Origin: Macrostomum lignano
Taxonomy: Eukaryota
Length of the DNA stretch: 51,038 nt
Assembly (NCBI GenBank): GCA_002269645.1
Contig: NIVC01000088.1
Span: 1 to 51,038, forward strand
Reading direction: 5' to 3'
The notes under the pieces are model-generated. The model had not been told where the DNA came from, did not search any database, and saw only the letters and a list, made by a program, of their open reading frames with translations. The translations under genes and the position numbers were made by a program. Position 1 is the first letter of the stretch; the number at the start of each line of letters is the position of its first letter. Below, piece after piece: positions 9,701 through 20,152 of the stretch.

Positions 9701-12634
9701 GGCAGCTATACTCGTATAGTAAGTATCTGACTTAAGTTACTTGTCTTAGCTGTTTAATTTGCAAATTAATTAAGGCTGAGCATGTCATTGTGTATACCCA
9801 TACCTGTGTTAAAATATTGCTCAATTATGCATACTGAAAATATGAAATTTCTCGCATGCCAACTACTAATCTGCAGGACGTGTTCAACGTCATGGACTTC
9901 CTGCTACTGATCTTCTCCTGCATAGAAGTGGTCCTGTTCATCATCAAGATCACCGCCCAGCAGGGGGTGTCCTACTTCATGAAGAAGTACCCGGAAAGAT
10001 TCATCAATTTCCAGTGGCTGATACTGTGGGCTCAGGTTGGTGGAATTGTTGAAGGTGTTGGTGTTGGAGTGAAGTGGGTCGAGGAGTAGGGTGGGTGAAG
10101 TTACATGGGTGAAGGAGTGAGGTTGGGTGAAGGAGTGAGGTTGGGTGAAGGAGTGAGGTGGGTGAAGGAGTGAGGTGGGTGAAGGAGTGAGGTGGGTGAA
10201 GGAGTGAGGTGGGTGAAGGAGTGAGGTGGGTGAAGGAGTGAGGTGGGTGAAGGAGTGAGGTGGGTGAAGGAGTGAGGTGGGTGAAGGAGTGAGGTGGGTG
10301 AAGGAGTGAGGTGGGTGAAGGAGTGAGGTGGGTGAAGGAGTGAGAATAATTGTGACAGCCCACTGAAAGCCAGTTATAACAAATCTCCCGCACTCTGCTG
10401 CAGATGAACCAGCTATTCCTTGGCCTGGTTGTCTTCGTGTTCACCATCCGATTCCTTCGCCTGCTGTCCTTCAACCGCAAGATGATGATGCTGGGCTACG
10501 TGCTGAAGACGGCGGCTAAGCCTCTCGGCTACTTCCTGGTGGTCTTCTTCATCATGTTCTTCGCCTTCGTTCAGCTCGGCTACTTTATGTTCAACGTCAA
10601 GGTCGAGAGCTTCAAGTCGCTGATCAACTGCATTGAGACGCTAGGAGTGATGACGCTGAGTGAGTGTCAAAGGGGGAGGGGCAGTTGCCATATTTTGTCT
10701 GTCTTAGTGAATCTGACCTGGCCTATTTGTGTTCTACGTCGTAGTTTGGTTGCGACAAGTCAAAAGTCGAAATGGCATCAAATGGCGTACAATTCTGATG
10801 AAAAGTACCAGGCCTAGAACAGTGGCGTTTCATTGCAAAAGCGGATAGCAATTCGCACTCGATGTGCCCGAAAGAAAGTAGGCTAAATGCAGAACCTCAA
10901 GATCTCTGGTCAGGATCAAAGACTTTACGAGCTGATCGACTGCTGAGGGCTGGACAGTGGCGGCGGGCGGGAAACGCGTTGCATTAAATCAATGGGCTTT
11001 TTACCATAGACATTCTCAGCTGCCTTTCGTTTGAAACCTCGTTATAGTACTCGTTATAGAATACATTGAAGTAAATGGGATTTTACCATAGACATTCTCA
11101 GCTGCCTTTCGTTTGAAACCTCGTTATAGTACTCGTTATAGAATACATTGAAGTAAATGGGATTTTACCATAGACATTCTCAGCTGACTTTCGTTTGAAA
11201 CCTCGCTATAGTACTCGTTATAGAATACATTGAAGTAGATGGTATTTTACCATAGACAGTCTCAGTGGGCCGTGAAACGTGGTTTCACGCCGGCTAACTA
11301 TAACACTAATATGGATGGGCTACGCTCCTCGGCATTATAGCTCGTTTCTGCCCTCTGCAGCACATCAATATTGGTATATTTCAGCACGAGTCGGCTAAGA
11401 TCATGGATCATGGAAAAACTCGATCGCTAGAAGCTGATCTTTTTGGGGATTGCCGTTGAAAACTGCAATACTACTTACTACTAATCACTTTATCAATCAA
11501 GATGAACTTTGTTCAATAATTTGACTGTTCATAAGCTCTATACTGATTAGCACGTCATTGAGATGGCACTACACTGACTGACTGACTGCTCGGCGATTCA
11601 CCTTTCAGACAAATTCGACTTCACCACCTTCGTCGTCGGCGGCGGCCAGCTCGGAATGGTGTTCTTCTTCGTCTACATGGTGTTTGTCTCCTTCGTGCTG
11701 ATCAACTTCTTCATCACCATTATTAACGTGTCATTCAGCCAGGTGAAGCAGAGCTGGGGCGAAACCAGGAACAACTACGATATCGTGGACTACGTGGTTA
11801 AATCGATTAAATCGGTGTTCGGCATCAATCCGCAAAAGCGGCTGAACCATATCGACCATCAGTTCGCCTACATGGCTGGTGGGTTGCTTGATTCTGTTGT
11901 ATTTACTGCTATTGCGTTTAGGGAATAGGCGAGCGACTGACGGAATGAACCTCTGTTACTGGAGGGGGTCAGCTAGGGAGGCCGTAGCCCTGCGGCCCAG
12001 GCTCGATTCCCAGTGCAGTATCATTAATTTAGGGTTAAAAAATGGAATCTTGGCTTGGCTCTGCTCGTGCAATGAACGGCCTTGAGGACCAACCCCCCCC
12101 CCCCAAGGCACAGTGAAGTGTACATGCCTAACGATAAATAAAGTTAGGACCGCTGTACACTCCTGTGTGAGTGTGTGCCTGTGCGTATGACTGCGTATGT
12201 ATCCGCGCGCTTGTGTGCGCTGCCCGGGGGAGTCGGCGGAATGGGCAGCAATGCCTCTCGCCGGTTGTGTGACAATGTCGCCTAAAGTGAGGGAGTGAGC
12301 TATTATGTGATTGACCTAGTTAATGAATGATTGAGCATAAACAGATCGTCTTTAAAGCCATTCTCACTCGATCTCATTCAAATTGCTGGTTGTCAATATT
12401 AACCTGTGAGATGGAGGTGAATATCTCAAAGCCGTACTTCAGTGGACTGACTACCTTCAAAAAATGCCACTTGCAGAGACGTCGAAGTTCGAGCAGCAGG
12501 TGGAGGAACTGGACGACAAGCTATTCGAGCTGGAGTTCTACATCCGCAATATGGGCATATTGAACGGCCAGGAGCTGCAGGAGTCGGCCACAGCCAAGAA
12601 GCGAGTCAAGGGCAAGGTGTTCCTCAGCGAGTAA
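254..12634 (+). CDS. Polycystin-1-like (PKD1L family) gene, 3' part, 10 coding exons; 5' end lies outside the window
   Basis: Exons 254-525, 860-1189, 2060-2736, 4416-4802, 7394-7866, 8619-9052, 9877-10035, 10404-10659, 11609-11878, 12477-12634. All introns are GT-AG with compatible phases. Total is 3416 nt, which is in frame only if 1 nt is restored near 884. Order of motifs: GPS (CYSSHLTSF), TM1, PLAT, multiple TMs, polycystin channel region, coiled-coil tail. Confidence 0.93.
652..859. repeat. 22-bp intronic minisatellite, about 9 copies, ending in the splice acceptor
   Basis: Unit GACACCTGTTATCAATGATTCT; period read at 661/683/705. Confidence 0.95.
860..1189 (+). CDS. PKD1L exon: PLAT/LH2 domain (apparent 1-nt deletion near 884)
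   Basis: YELTFWTG then, in another frame, AGTTANVSFILYGED...LRMWHDNSGSSPKWYL...CNRWFAFDEDDGM; donor GTTAGT at 1190. Confidence 0.9.
1240..1535. mobile_element. Non-autonomous TIR element (MITE-like), family shared with 44745-45195
   Basis: CTACTTTCAGTTCAGT...AAGCTATTTTAT and ATTAAAATGCTTCTGT...CTACTGAAC...AAAGTAG...GGCCCAT are shared with the second copy; the two ends are imperfect inverted repeats. Confidence 0.6.
1654..2037. repeat. 9-bp telomere-like minisatellite (ACCCTAATR)n
   Basis: Direct reading; the unit is CCCTAA plus 3 nt. Confidence 0.95.
2060..2736 (+). CDS. PKD1L exon: TM2-TM3 and acidic loop
   Basis: VDRILTV...HIWLSVVTRPPRSKFTRVQRATACL; ends LP-W split TG|GTGAGC. Confidence 0.9.
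3132..3660 (+). mobile_element. Decayed Tc1/mariner transposase fragments
   Basis: MVRQMTDGERWRAIGMID resembles a Tc1-type N-terminus; LLHDDNAHPH, YSPDL (another frame), DFAIFPKIK...NYVEK are mariner DD34D C-terminal motifs; frameshifted. Confidence 0.8.
4416..4802 (+). CDS. PKD1L exon: TM4-TM5
   Basis: CGCAG|G TGG gives LPWWTHYVGYCL; WLAAMFVTLFQSIILVQPVK; donor AG|GTAAGT. Confidence 0.9.
4831..4879. repeat. (GA)n microsatellite
   Basis: Direct reading. Confidence 0.95.
5480..6660 (-). mobile_element. Penelope-like retroelement remnant (GIY-YIG endonuclease, RT deleted)
   Basis: Minus strand: LSESETRLLDRGLN fused to GFHPCGSSRCKCC; IIYGISCNQCHPGKIL*VGMTRR (GIY-YIG with Tyr to stop); after a frameshift REEIWIKKLGTDKPPGTN. 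Confidence 0.82.
6662..6740. repeat. (GA)n microsatellite
   Basis: Direct reading. Confidence 0.95.
7125..7302 (-). mobile_element. tRNA-derived SINE with MIR/CORE-like block (family B)
   Basis: Minus strand: A box TAGCCAGTGG, B box GATTCGATTCC, then TCCTTGAGCAAGACACTTAAC; second copy at 33672-33981. Confidence 0.8.
7394..7866 (+). CDS. PKD1L exon: TM6 and start of TOP domain
   Basis: RIKEQAMNDILGDIMFYIIFL...PQLRQLRIK; phase-1 donor T|GTGAGG joins AC of the next exon. Confidence 0.88.
8030..8520. repeat. 54-bp intronic minisatellite, about 9 copies
   Basis: Period read at 8041/8095; G-rich on + and contains GGTTAGGG. Confidence 0.95.
8619..9052 (+). CDS. PKD1L exon: TOP domain and next TM
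   Basis: YAGGGYVASLG...LRNNSWIDKHTRAVFFEFLIYNPNTNLF; donor CGG|GTAAGG. Confidence 0.92.
9143..9660. repeat. 45-bp intronic minisatellite, about 11 copies
   Basis: Unit GGGGAATTCCTTGCTCAATCTGATTTGGCTAATAGAGTTATCCAA. Confidence 0.95.
9877..10035 (+). CDS. PKD1L exon: channel TM
   Basis: CTGCAG|DVFNVMDFLLLIFS...FINFQWLILWAQ|GTTGGT. Confidence 0.85.
10090..10345. repeat. 17-bp intronic minisatellite, about 15 copies
   Basis: Unit GGTGGGTGAAGGAGTGA. Confidence 0.95.
10404..10659 (+). CDS. PKD1L exon: S4-S5-like helices and pore helix
   Basis: MNQLFLGLVVFVFTIRFLRLLSFNRKM...; donor A|GTGAGT. Confidence 0.9.
10999..11258. repeat. 82-bp tandem repeat, about 3.2 copies
   Basis: CCATAGAC at 11004, 11086, 11168 and 11250. 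Confidence 0.92.
11609..11878 (+). CDS. PKD1L exon: pore exit and S6-like helix
   Basis: TTTCAG|AC AAA TTC GAC TTC; FVSFVLINFFITIIN; donor G|GTGGGT. Confidence 0.87.
11976..12289 (+). mobile_element. tRNA-derived SINE family A, copy 1
   Basis: GTAGCCC..., GGCTCGATTCC; body matches 13303-13623 and 29936-30302 in reverse orientation. Confidence 0.85.
12477..12634 (+). CDS. PKD1L terminal exon: coiled-coil tail and stop
   Basis: TTGCAG|AG; ETSKFEQQVEELDDKLFELEFYIRN...VFLSE* ; AATAAA at 12769-12774. Confidence 0.8.
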
Positions 12635-13302
12635 CTTTGGCGAGTCTTCAGTATATGGAATCGAACATTGTTTTTGGAAGCGGAATGCACTTGAAAAACG
12701 TATGACTGAAATGCTTAATTAAAACCTTGATAAACTAAAAGGATAAACAGAAGTTCAAATTTAATAAGAATAAAATAATAAATAATTTTTGCAGTTAGAA
12801 TTTGTCTGGCTCATTTACTGTATAAACACATCTTTAAAAATTGTCCTTGCAACCAAGAATTCATTTTCACATAAATATGATCTATCAATTTTTCTGTTTA
12901 TTACGCATCCCGCTGGCAAAGAGTTTCTATAAACGTAGATTTTCTTATTTTTGTTTAAAACTGACAGCCTAGAGAATATTGCAACACTTTTATCTCTTCT
13001 CCAAAATTTTTAAGACTTACTGCTAGGCTACTACTGCCAATAGCTGTTTGCAAAAGCATGCACAATTTAAAAGTAAAATACTTTTCTTAGAGGTTCCCAA
13101 AAACAAGTCTGAATAAAAACTACATTGTCAATAACGGTTTTTGAACTGGAAAAAGGATGGACATTTATCTTATCGTACATCCTATATATGCACTATTTTT
13201 CCTCTATTGAAAATTTTAAAGACGCAAATAAACGAGCTATATTTTTCCTGCATCGCAAAATAGCATCTTTTTTTATTAAACTTCTTTGAAGGGACTTGAA
13301 GA

Positions 13303-13623
13303 TTTTTTTTTTGGAGTCATGGGGCTTGGCGCACTTTAAGCGACATTGTCACACAACCGGCGAGAGGCATTGCTGCCCATTCCGCCGACTCCCCTGAGCA
13401 GCGCACACAAGCGCGCGGATACGTACGCAGTCTTACGCACAGGCACGCACCAGAGGTTTGAGTAGTCCCTGGCACACACTCACACAGGAGTGTACAGCGG
13501 CCCTAACTTTATTTATCGTTAGGCATGTACACTAACTCCAATTTAATGCGACTGCCATTGGAATCGAGCATGGGCCGCTGGCCACATAAGAGCGCCGCGC
13601 TAGACTACTGGGCTACGGCCCCT
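13303..13623 (-). mobile_element. SINE family A, copy 2
   Basis: Same body with an internal deletion; A10 tail on the minus strand; candidate TSD TTGAAGA (13296-13302 / 13624-13630). Confidence 0.85.
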
Positions 13624-13652
13624 TTGAAGAAACTTTTGTGATCTAAGATCTT

Positions 13653-14248
13653 GAGGATCTGGGAGGCTGGCTGCTCAGCCTGAGGATCTGGGAGGCTGGC
13701 TGCTCAGCCTGAGGATCTGGGAGGCTGGCTGCTCAGCCTGAGGATCTGGGAGGCTGGCTGCTCAGCCTGAGGATCTGGGAGGCTGGCTGCTCAGCCTGAG
13801 GATCTGGGAGGCTGGCTGCTCAGCCTGAGGATCTGGGAGGCTGGCTGCTCAGCCTGAGGATCTGGGAGGCTGGCTGCTCAGCCTGAGGATCTGGGAGGCT
13901 GGCTGCTCAGCCTGAGGATCTGGGAGGCTGGCTGCTCAGCCTGAGGATCTGGGAGGCTGGCTGCTCAGCCTGAGGATCTGGGAGGCTGGCTGCTCAGCCT
14001 GAGGATCTGGGAGGCTGGCTGCTCAGCCTGAGGATCTGGGAGGCTGGCTGCTCAGCCTGAGGATCTGGGAGGCTGGCTGCTCAGCCTGAGGATCTGGGAG
14101 GCTGGCTGCTCAGCCTGAGGATCTGGGAGGCTGGCTGCTCAGCCTGAGGATCTGGGAGGCTGGCTGCTCAGCCTGAGGATCTGGGAGGCTGGCTGCTCAG
14201 CCTGAGGATCTGGGAGGCTGGCTGCTCAGCCTGAGGATCTGGGAGGCT
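13653..14248. repeat. 29-bp minisatellite, about 20 identical copies
   Basis: Unit GAGGATCTGGGAGGCTGGCTGCTCAGCCT. Confidence 0.97.
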
Positions 14249-14505
14249 GCTCTTACCAGTCAAAGCACCTTGGCGACCCGCCAAGCGAACAGCATGCCTC
14301 TAAAATGAATGAGCAGAGGCAAAACAGAAGCAAAAAAACGTTTTTTTTTCAATCCAGTGCGCCAAAGCGAAGGCAGCAAATCGCAAATTTGCGGACAATT
14401 TATTTATATTCACTTTCAACTGATCTTCTTTCACTCCACGGGAGCCAGAGTCAATATTTCGCCATTAAACGTTAGTTAATCCCAGTCCTCATAAGAAATC
14501 CACCT

Positions 14506-14952
14506 TTAGAACTTCTGGAAGGAGGTCTTCTTGCTGCCGCCGCGAGCTTTGCTCACCTTGATGACGTTGAATGAGACGGTCTTGCTCAGCGGCCGGCACT
14601 CGCCAACCGTCACAATGTCACCGAGCTCAACGTCGCGAAAGCAGGGCGACAGGTGCACGGACATGTTCTTGTGCCGCTTCTCGTAGCGCTGGTACTTTTG
14701 CACAAAGTGCAGATAGTCTCTGCGGATCACGATGGTGCGCTGCATCTTCATCTTAGTAACCACGCCCGTGAAGATGCGGCCGCGAATGTGCACGTTGCCA
14801 GTGAATGGGCACTTCTTGTCAACGTAGCTGCCTTCGATGGCTTCGCGCGGCGTCTTGAAGCCCAGGCCGACATTCTTCACGTAGTGATTGCGGCGGCCCT
14901 TCTTGCCGCGCACCTCCTGCTTCTGGAAGGCTCGCTCGTTCAGTTCGGCCAT
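14506..14952 (-). CDS. RPS11: 40S ribosomal protein S11 (uS17), intronless CDS, 148 aa, divergent N-terminus
   Basis: [26 protein letters not shown]...[14 protein letters not shown]...[17 protein letters not shown]...[10 protein letters not shown]; ATG at 14952; AATAAA on minus at 14399-14404. Confidence 0.96.
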   Translation of the reverse strand: MAELNERAFQKQEVRGKKGRRNHYVKNVGLGFKTPREAIEGSYVDKKCPFTGNVHIRGRIFTGVVTKMKMQRTIVIRRDYLHFVQKYQRYEKRHKNMSVHLSPCFRDVELGDIVTVGECRPLSKTVSFNVIKVSKARGGSKKTSFQKF

Positions 14953-15019
14953 GCTGTTTTCGTTAGCTTGCCTCGCATGAAGGTGCGAAATTTGATTGAA
15001 TGCTTTATGCACTAATAGA

Positions 15020-15440
15020 CAATCTGCCTGTACTAAATGTCTAATCCACATGTACTAAACACCTAATTCACCTGTACTAGATGTTCAATCCACCTTTACT
15101 AGATGTTTAAGTATCTTCAACAGCTTAAGTAAGATCCACCTGTACTAAACACCTAATACACCTGTACTGAATACCTAATCCACATGTAATAAACGCCTAA
15201 TCCACCTGTACTAGATGTTCAATCCACCTTTACTAGATGTTTAAGTATCTTAAACAGCTTAAGTAAGATCCACCTGTACTAAACACCTAATACACCTGTA
15301 CTGAATACCGAATCCACCTGTACTAAATGCCTAATCCATCAACCTGTACTAAATGCGTAATCCTCCTGCACTAAATGCCTAATCCACCTGCACTAAATGC
15401 CTAATCCACCTGCACTAAATGCCTAATTCTCCTACACTAA
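15020..15440. repeat. Degenerate ~22-bp minisatellite with a 134-bp internal duplication
   Basis: Unit about CCTGTACTAAATGCCTAATCCA; the block at 15072 repeats at 15206. Confidence 0.88.
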
Positions 15441-16195
15441 ATGCCCAACCCACCAATACAAAATATCCAACTACCTACAAACTGTTAGCAAGCCTTATAA
15501 AAGCATGTACAGCTGTAATTACGTTACAACACAAAGTCCCAACCAAACAGCATGGAAGCGGCTGCATTGCAGATGGTACAGATTTCAATGTTTATATGAA
15601 CGACTACAAGCGGCAGGTCAATAAAATACAAGCAATCAAATAAAATTACATCGAATAAGAGAAGTAAGTATGCATCCGAAAATAATAGAATTTTTGCAGT
15701 TAGGCTTTACGAGCGTATCATTATTGAAATATAAGATAGCTATATGTCTATAGATTCACAAAATTTCACACAAGTGAAAGAGAGCAAACTCACATTACTG
15801 AAACACCTACACGGGTTCGGGGACAGATATGAAAACTGATTGTATGAAATATTTTGTTCCGACTGAACAGATTAACAAGCAAATTTATCATGCTTTGAAA
15901 TTTAAATTAAATCTATGGATTTGTAGTTTAGCAATAAATGTTTCAAAGATAGCAAAACTACAAGTAGCAATATTATTTACAGAATAAAGGCGTTTTAATT
16001 GAGAAAGTTCGTGTACAGCCCGGCCATATTAATGTCATTTAATTGTCCCAAGTGTGCGACGGCACCACAATGGGGTGGGATCAATCGTTTTATGGATTTC
16101 CTCGAATTACGGATCGAATTTGGAAGGCGATTGATTTAGGAGCGATTCTTTGACATATTGAAAGGTGTTTTTTCAAAATATTGAATGCTAATTGT

Positions 16196-19100
16196 TCGGG
16201 ATACTTAAGGGTGATTTCTAGGGATACTTAAGGGTGATTTCTCGGGATACTTAAGGGTGATTTCTCGGGATACTTAAGGGTGATTTCTAGGGATAATTAA
16301 GGGTGATTTCTCGGGATACTTAAGGGTGATTTCTAGGGATACTTAAGGGTGATTTCTCGGGATACTTAAGGGTGATTTCTAGGGATACTTAAGGGTGATT
16401 TCTCGGGATACTTAAGGGTGATTTCTAGGGATAATTAAGAGTGATTTCTCGGGATACTTAAGGGTGATTTCTCGGGATACTTAAGGGTGATTTCTCGGGA
16501 TAATTAAGGGTGATTTCTAGGGATAATTAAGGGTGATTTCTCGGGATACTTAAGGGTGATTTCTCGGGATACTTAAGGGTGATTTCTCGGGATACTTAAG
16601 GGTGATTTCTCGGGATACTTAAGGGTGATTTCTCGGGATACTTAAGGGTGATTTCTCGGGATAATTAAGGGTGATTTCTCGGGATAATTAAGGGTGATTT
16701 CTCGGGATACTTAAGGGTGATTTCTAGGGATAATTAAGGGTGATTTCTAGGGATACTTAAGGGTGATTTCTAGGGATACTTAAGGGTGATTTCTCGGGAT
16801 ACTTAAGGGTGATTTCTCGGGATACTTAAGGGTGATTTCTCGGGATACTTAAGGGTGATTTCTCGGGATACTTAAGGGTGATTTCTCGGGATAATTAAGG
16901 GTGATTTCTAGGGATAATTAAGGGTGATTTCTCGGGATACTTAAGGGTGATTTCTCGGGATACTTAAGGGTGATTTCTCGGGATACTTAAGGGTGATTTC
17001 TCGGGATACTTAAGGGTGATTTCTAGGGATAATTAAGGGTGATTTCTAGGGATACTTAAGGGTGATTTCTAGGGATACTTAAGGGTGATTTCTCGGGATA
17101 CTTAAGGGTGATTTCTCGGGATACTTAAGGGTGATTTCTCGGGATACTTAAGGGTGATTTCTCGGGATACTTAAGGGTGATTTCTCGGGATAATTAAGGG
17201 TGATTTCTAGGGATAATTAAGGGTGATTTCTCGGGATACTTAAGGGTGATTTCTCGGGATACTTAAGGGTGATTTCTCGGGATACTTAAGGGTGATTTCT
17301 CGGGATACTTGAGGGTGATTTCTCGGGATACTTAAGGGTGATTTCTCGGGATACTTAAGGGTGATTTCTCGGGATACTTAAGGGTGATTTCTCGGGATAC
17401 TTAAGGGTGATTTCTCGGGATACTTAAGGGTGATTTCTCGGGATACTTAAGGGTGATTTCTCGGGATACTTAAGGGTGATTTCTCGGGATACTTAAGGGT
17501 GATTTCTCGGGATACTTAAGGGTGATTTCTCGGGATAATTAAGGGTGATTTCTAGGGATAATTAAGGGTGATTTCTCGGGATACTTAAGGGTGATTTCTA
17601 GGGATAATTAAGGGTGATTTCTCGGGATAATTAAGGGTGATTTCTAGGGATAATTAAGGGTGATTTCTCGGGATACTTAAGGGTGATTTCTCGGGATACT
17701 TAAGGGTGATTTCTCGGGATACTTAAGGGTGATTTCTCGGGATACTTAAGGGTGATTTCTCGGGATACTTAAGGGTGATTTCTCGGGATACTTAAGGGTG
17801 ATTTCTCGGGATACTTAAGGGTGATTTCTCGGGATACTTAAGGGTGATTTCTCGGGATACTTAAGGGTGATTTCTCGGGATACTTAAGAGTGATTTCTCG
17901 GGATACTTAAGGGTGATTTCTCGGGATACTTAAGGGTGATTTCTAGGGATACTTAAGGGTGATTTCTCGGGATACTTAAGGGTGATTTCTAGGGATACTT
18001 AAGGGTGATTTCTCGGGATACTTAAGGGTGATTTCTAGGGATACTTAAGAGTGATTTCTCGGGATACTTAAGGGTGATTTCTCGGGATACTTAAGGGTGA
18101 TTTCTCGGGATACTTAAGGGTGATTTCTCGGGATACTTAAGGGTGATTTCTCGGGATAATTAAGGGTGATTTCTCGGGATAATTAAGGGTGATTTCTCGG
18201 GATACTTAAGGGTGATTTCTAGGGATAATTAAGGGTGATTTCTCGGGATAATTAAGGGTGATTTCTAGGGATAATTAAGGGTGATTTCTCGGGATACTTA
18301 AGGGTGATTTCTCGGGATACTTAAGGGTGATTTCTCGGGATACTTAAGGGTGATTTCTCGGGATACTTGAGGGTGATTTCTCGGGATACTTAAGGGTGAT
18401 TTCTCGGGATACTTAAGGGTGATTTCTAGGGATACTTAAGGGTGATTTCTCGGGATACTTAAGGGTGATTTCTAGGGATACTTAAGGGTGATTTCTAGGG
18501 ATACTTAAGGGTGATTTCTAGGGATACTTAAGGGTGATTTCTAGGGATACTTAAGGGTGATTTCTAGGGATACTTAAGGGTGATTTCTAGGGATAATTAA
18601 GGGTGATTTCTCGGGATAATTAAGGGTGATTTCTCGGGATAATTAAGGGTGATTTCTCGGGATACTTAAGGGTGATTTCTCGGGATACTTAAGGGTGATT
18701 TCTCGGGATACTTAAGGGTGATTTCTCGGGATACTTAAGGGTGATTTCTCGGGATACTTAAGGGTGATTTCTCGGGATAATTAAGGGTGATTTCTAGGGA
18801 TAATTAAGGGTGATTTCTCGGGATACTTAAGGGTGATTTCTAGGGATAATTAAGGGTGATTTCTCGGGATAATTAAGGGTGATTTCTAGGGATAATTAAG
18901 GGTGATTTCTCGGGATACTTAAGGGTGATTTCTCGGGATACTTAAGGGTGATTTCTCGGGATACTTAAGGGTGATTTCTCGGGATACTTAAGGGTGATTT
19001 CTCGGGATACTTAAGGGTGATTTCTCGGGATACTTAAGGGTGATTTCTCGGGATACTTAAGGGTGATTTCTCGGGATACTTAAGGGTGATTTCTCGGGAT

Positions 19101-19985
19101 ACTTAAGGGTGATTTCTCGGGATACTTAAGGGTGATTTCTCGGGATACTTAAGGGTGATTTCTCGGGATAATTAAGGGTGATTTCTCGGGATAATTAAGG
19201 GTGATTTCTCGGGATACTTAAGGGTGATTTCTCGGGATACTTAAGGGTGATTTCTCGGGATACTTAAGGGTGATTTCTCGGGATACTTAAGGGTGATTTC
19301 TCGGGATACTTAAGGGTGATTTCTCGGGATAATTAAGGGTGATTTCTCGGGATAATTAAGGGTGATTTCTCGGGATAATTAAGGGTGATTTCTCGGGATA
19401 CTTAAGAGTGATTTCTCGGGATAATTAAGGGTGATTTCTAGGGATAATTAAGGGTGATTTCTAGGGATAATTAAGGGTGATTTCTAGGGATAATTAAGGG
19501 TGATTTCTAGGGATAATTAAGGGTGATTTCTAGGGATAATTAAGGGTGATTTCTCGGGATACTTAAGAGTGATTTCTCGGGATACTTAAGGGTGATTTCT
19601 CGGGATACTTAAGGGTGATTTCTCGGGATACTTAAGAGTGATTTCTCGGGATACTTAAGAGTGATTTCTCGGGATACTTAAGGGTGATTTCTCGGGATAC
19701 TTAAGGGTGATTTCTCGGGATACTTAAGGGTGATTTCTCGGGATACTTAAGGGTGATTTCTCAGGATACTTAAGGGTGATTTCTCAGGATACTTAAGGGT
19801 GATTTTTAGGGATACTTACGGGTGATTTTTAGGGATACTTACGGGTGATTTTTAGGGATACTTAAGGGTGATTTCTCGGGATACTTGAGGGTAAATTCTC
19901 GAGATACTCAAGGGCGATTTCTAGGGATACTTAAGGTTGAATTCTAGGGGTACTGAAGGGTGATTCCTTGGGATCCTTAAAGGGG
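16196..19985. repeat. 23-bp satellite array, about 165 copies
   Basis: Unit CGGGATACTTAAGGGTGATTTCT with C/A and TACTT/TAATT variants; degenerate right edge. Confidence 0.98.
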
Positions 19986-20152
19986 CTATTTTTAGATTTT
20001 GTAGCAGAGATATCAATTTGAAAGCATTTTTAAGAAACTTTAATTTTGCAAGAGTTGCTAGAGTCCAATTGCTGCTAATCTCAGTAAAAATCTATCATTT
20101 CAATAAGACAATAAAAATGAAGCCAAAACATGGATGAACAGAAAATAAAATT

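Noticed and set aside
14330-14350. Poly(A) tail or TSD proving RPS11 is a retrocopy
   Set aside because: Only a 9-nt A run in a palindromic context about 50 nt past AATAAA, and no TSD found; retro-origin remains unproven.
14953-15051. 33-aa N-terminal extension of RPS11 in the ORF track
   Set aside because: It starts at a non-ATG codon in repeat sequence; homology begins at [12 protein letters not shown].
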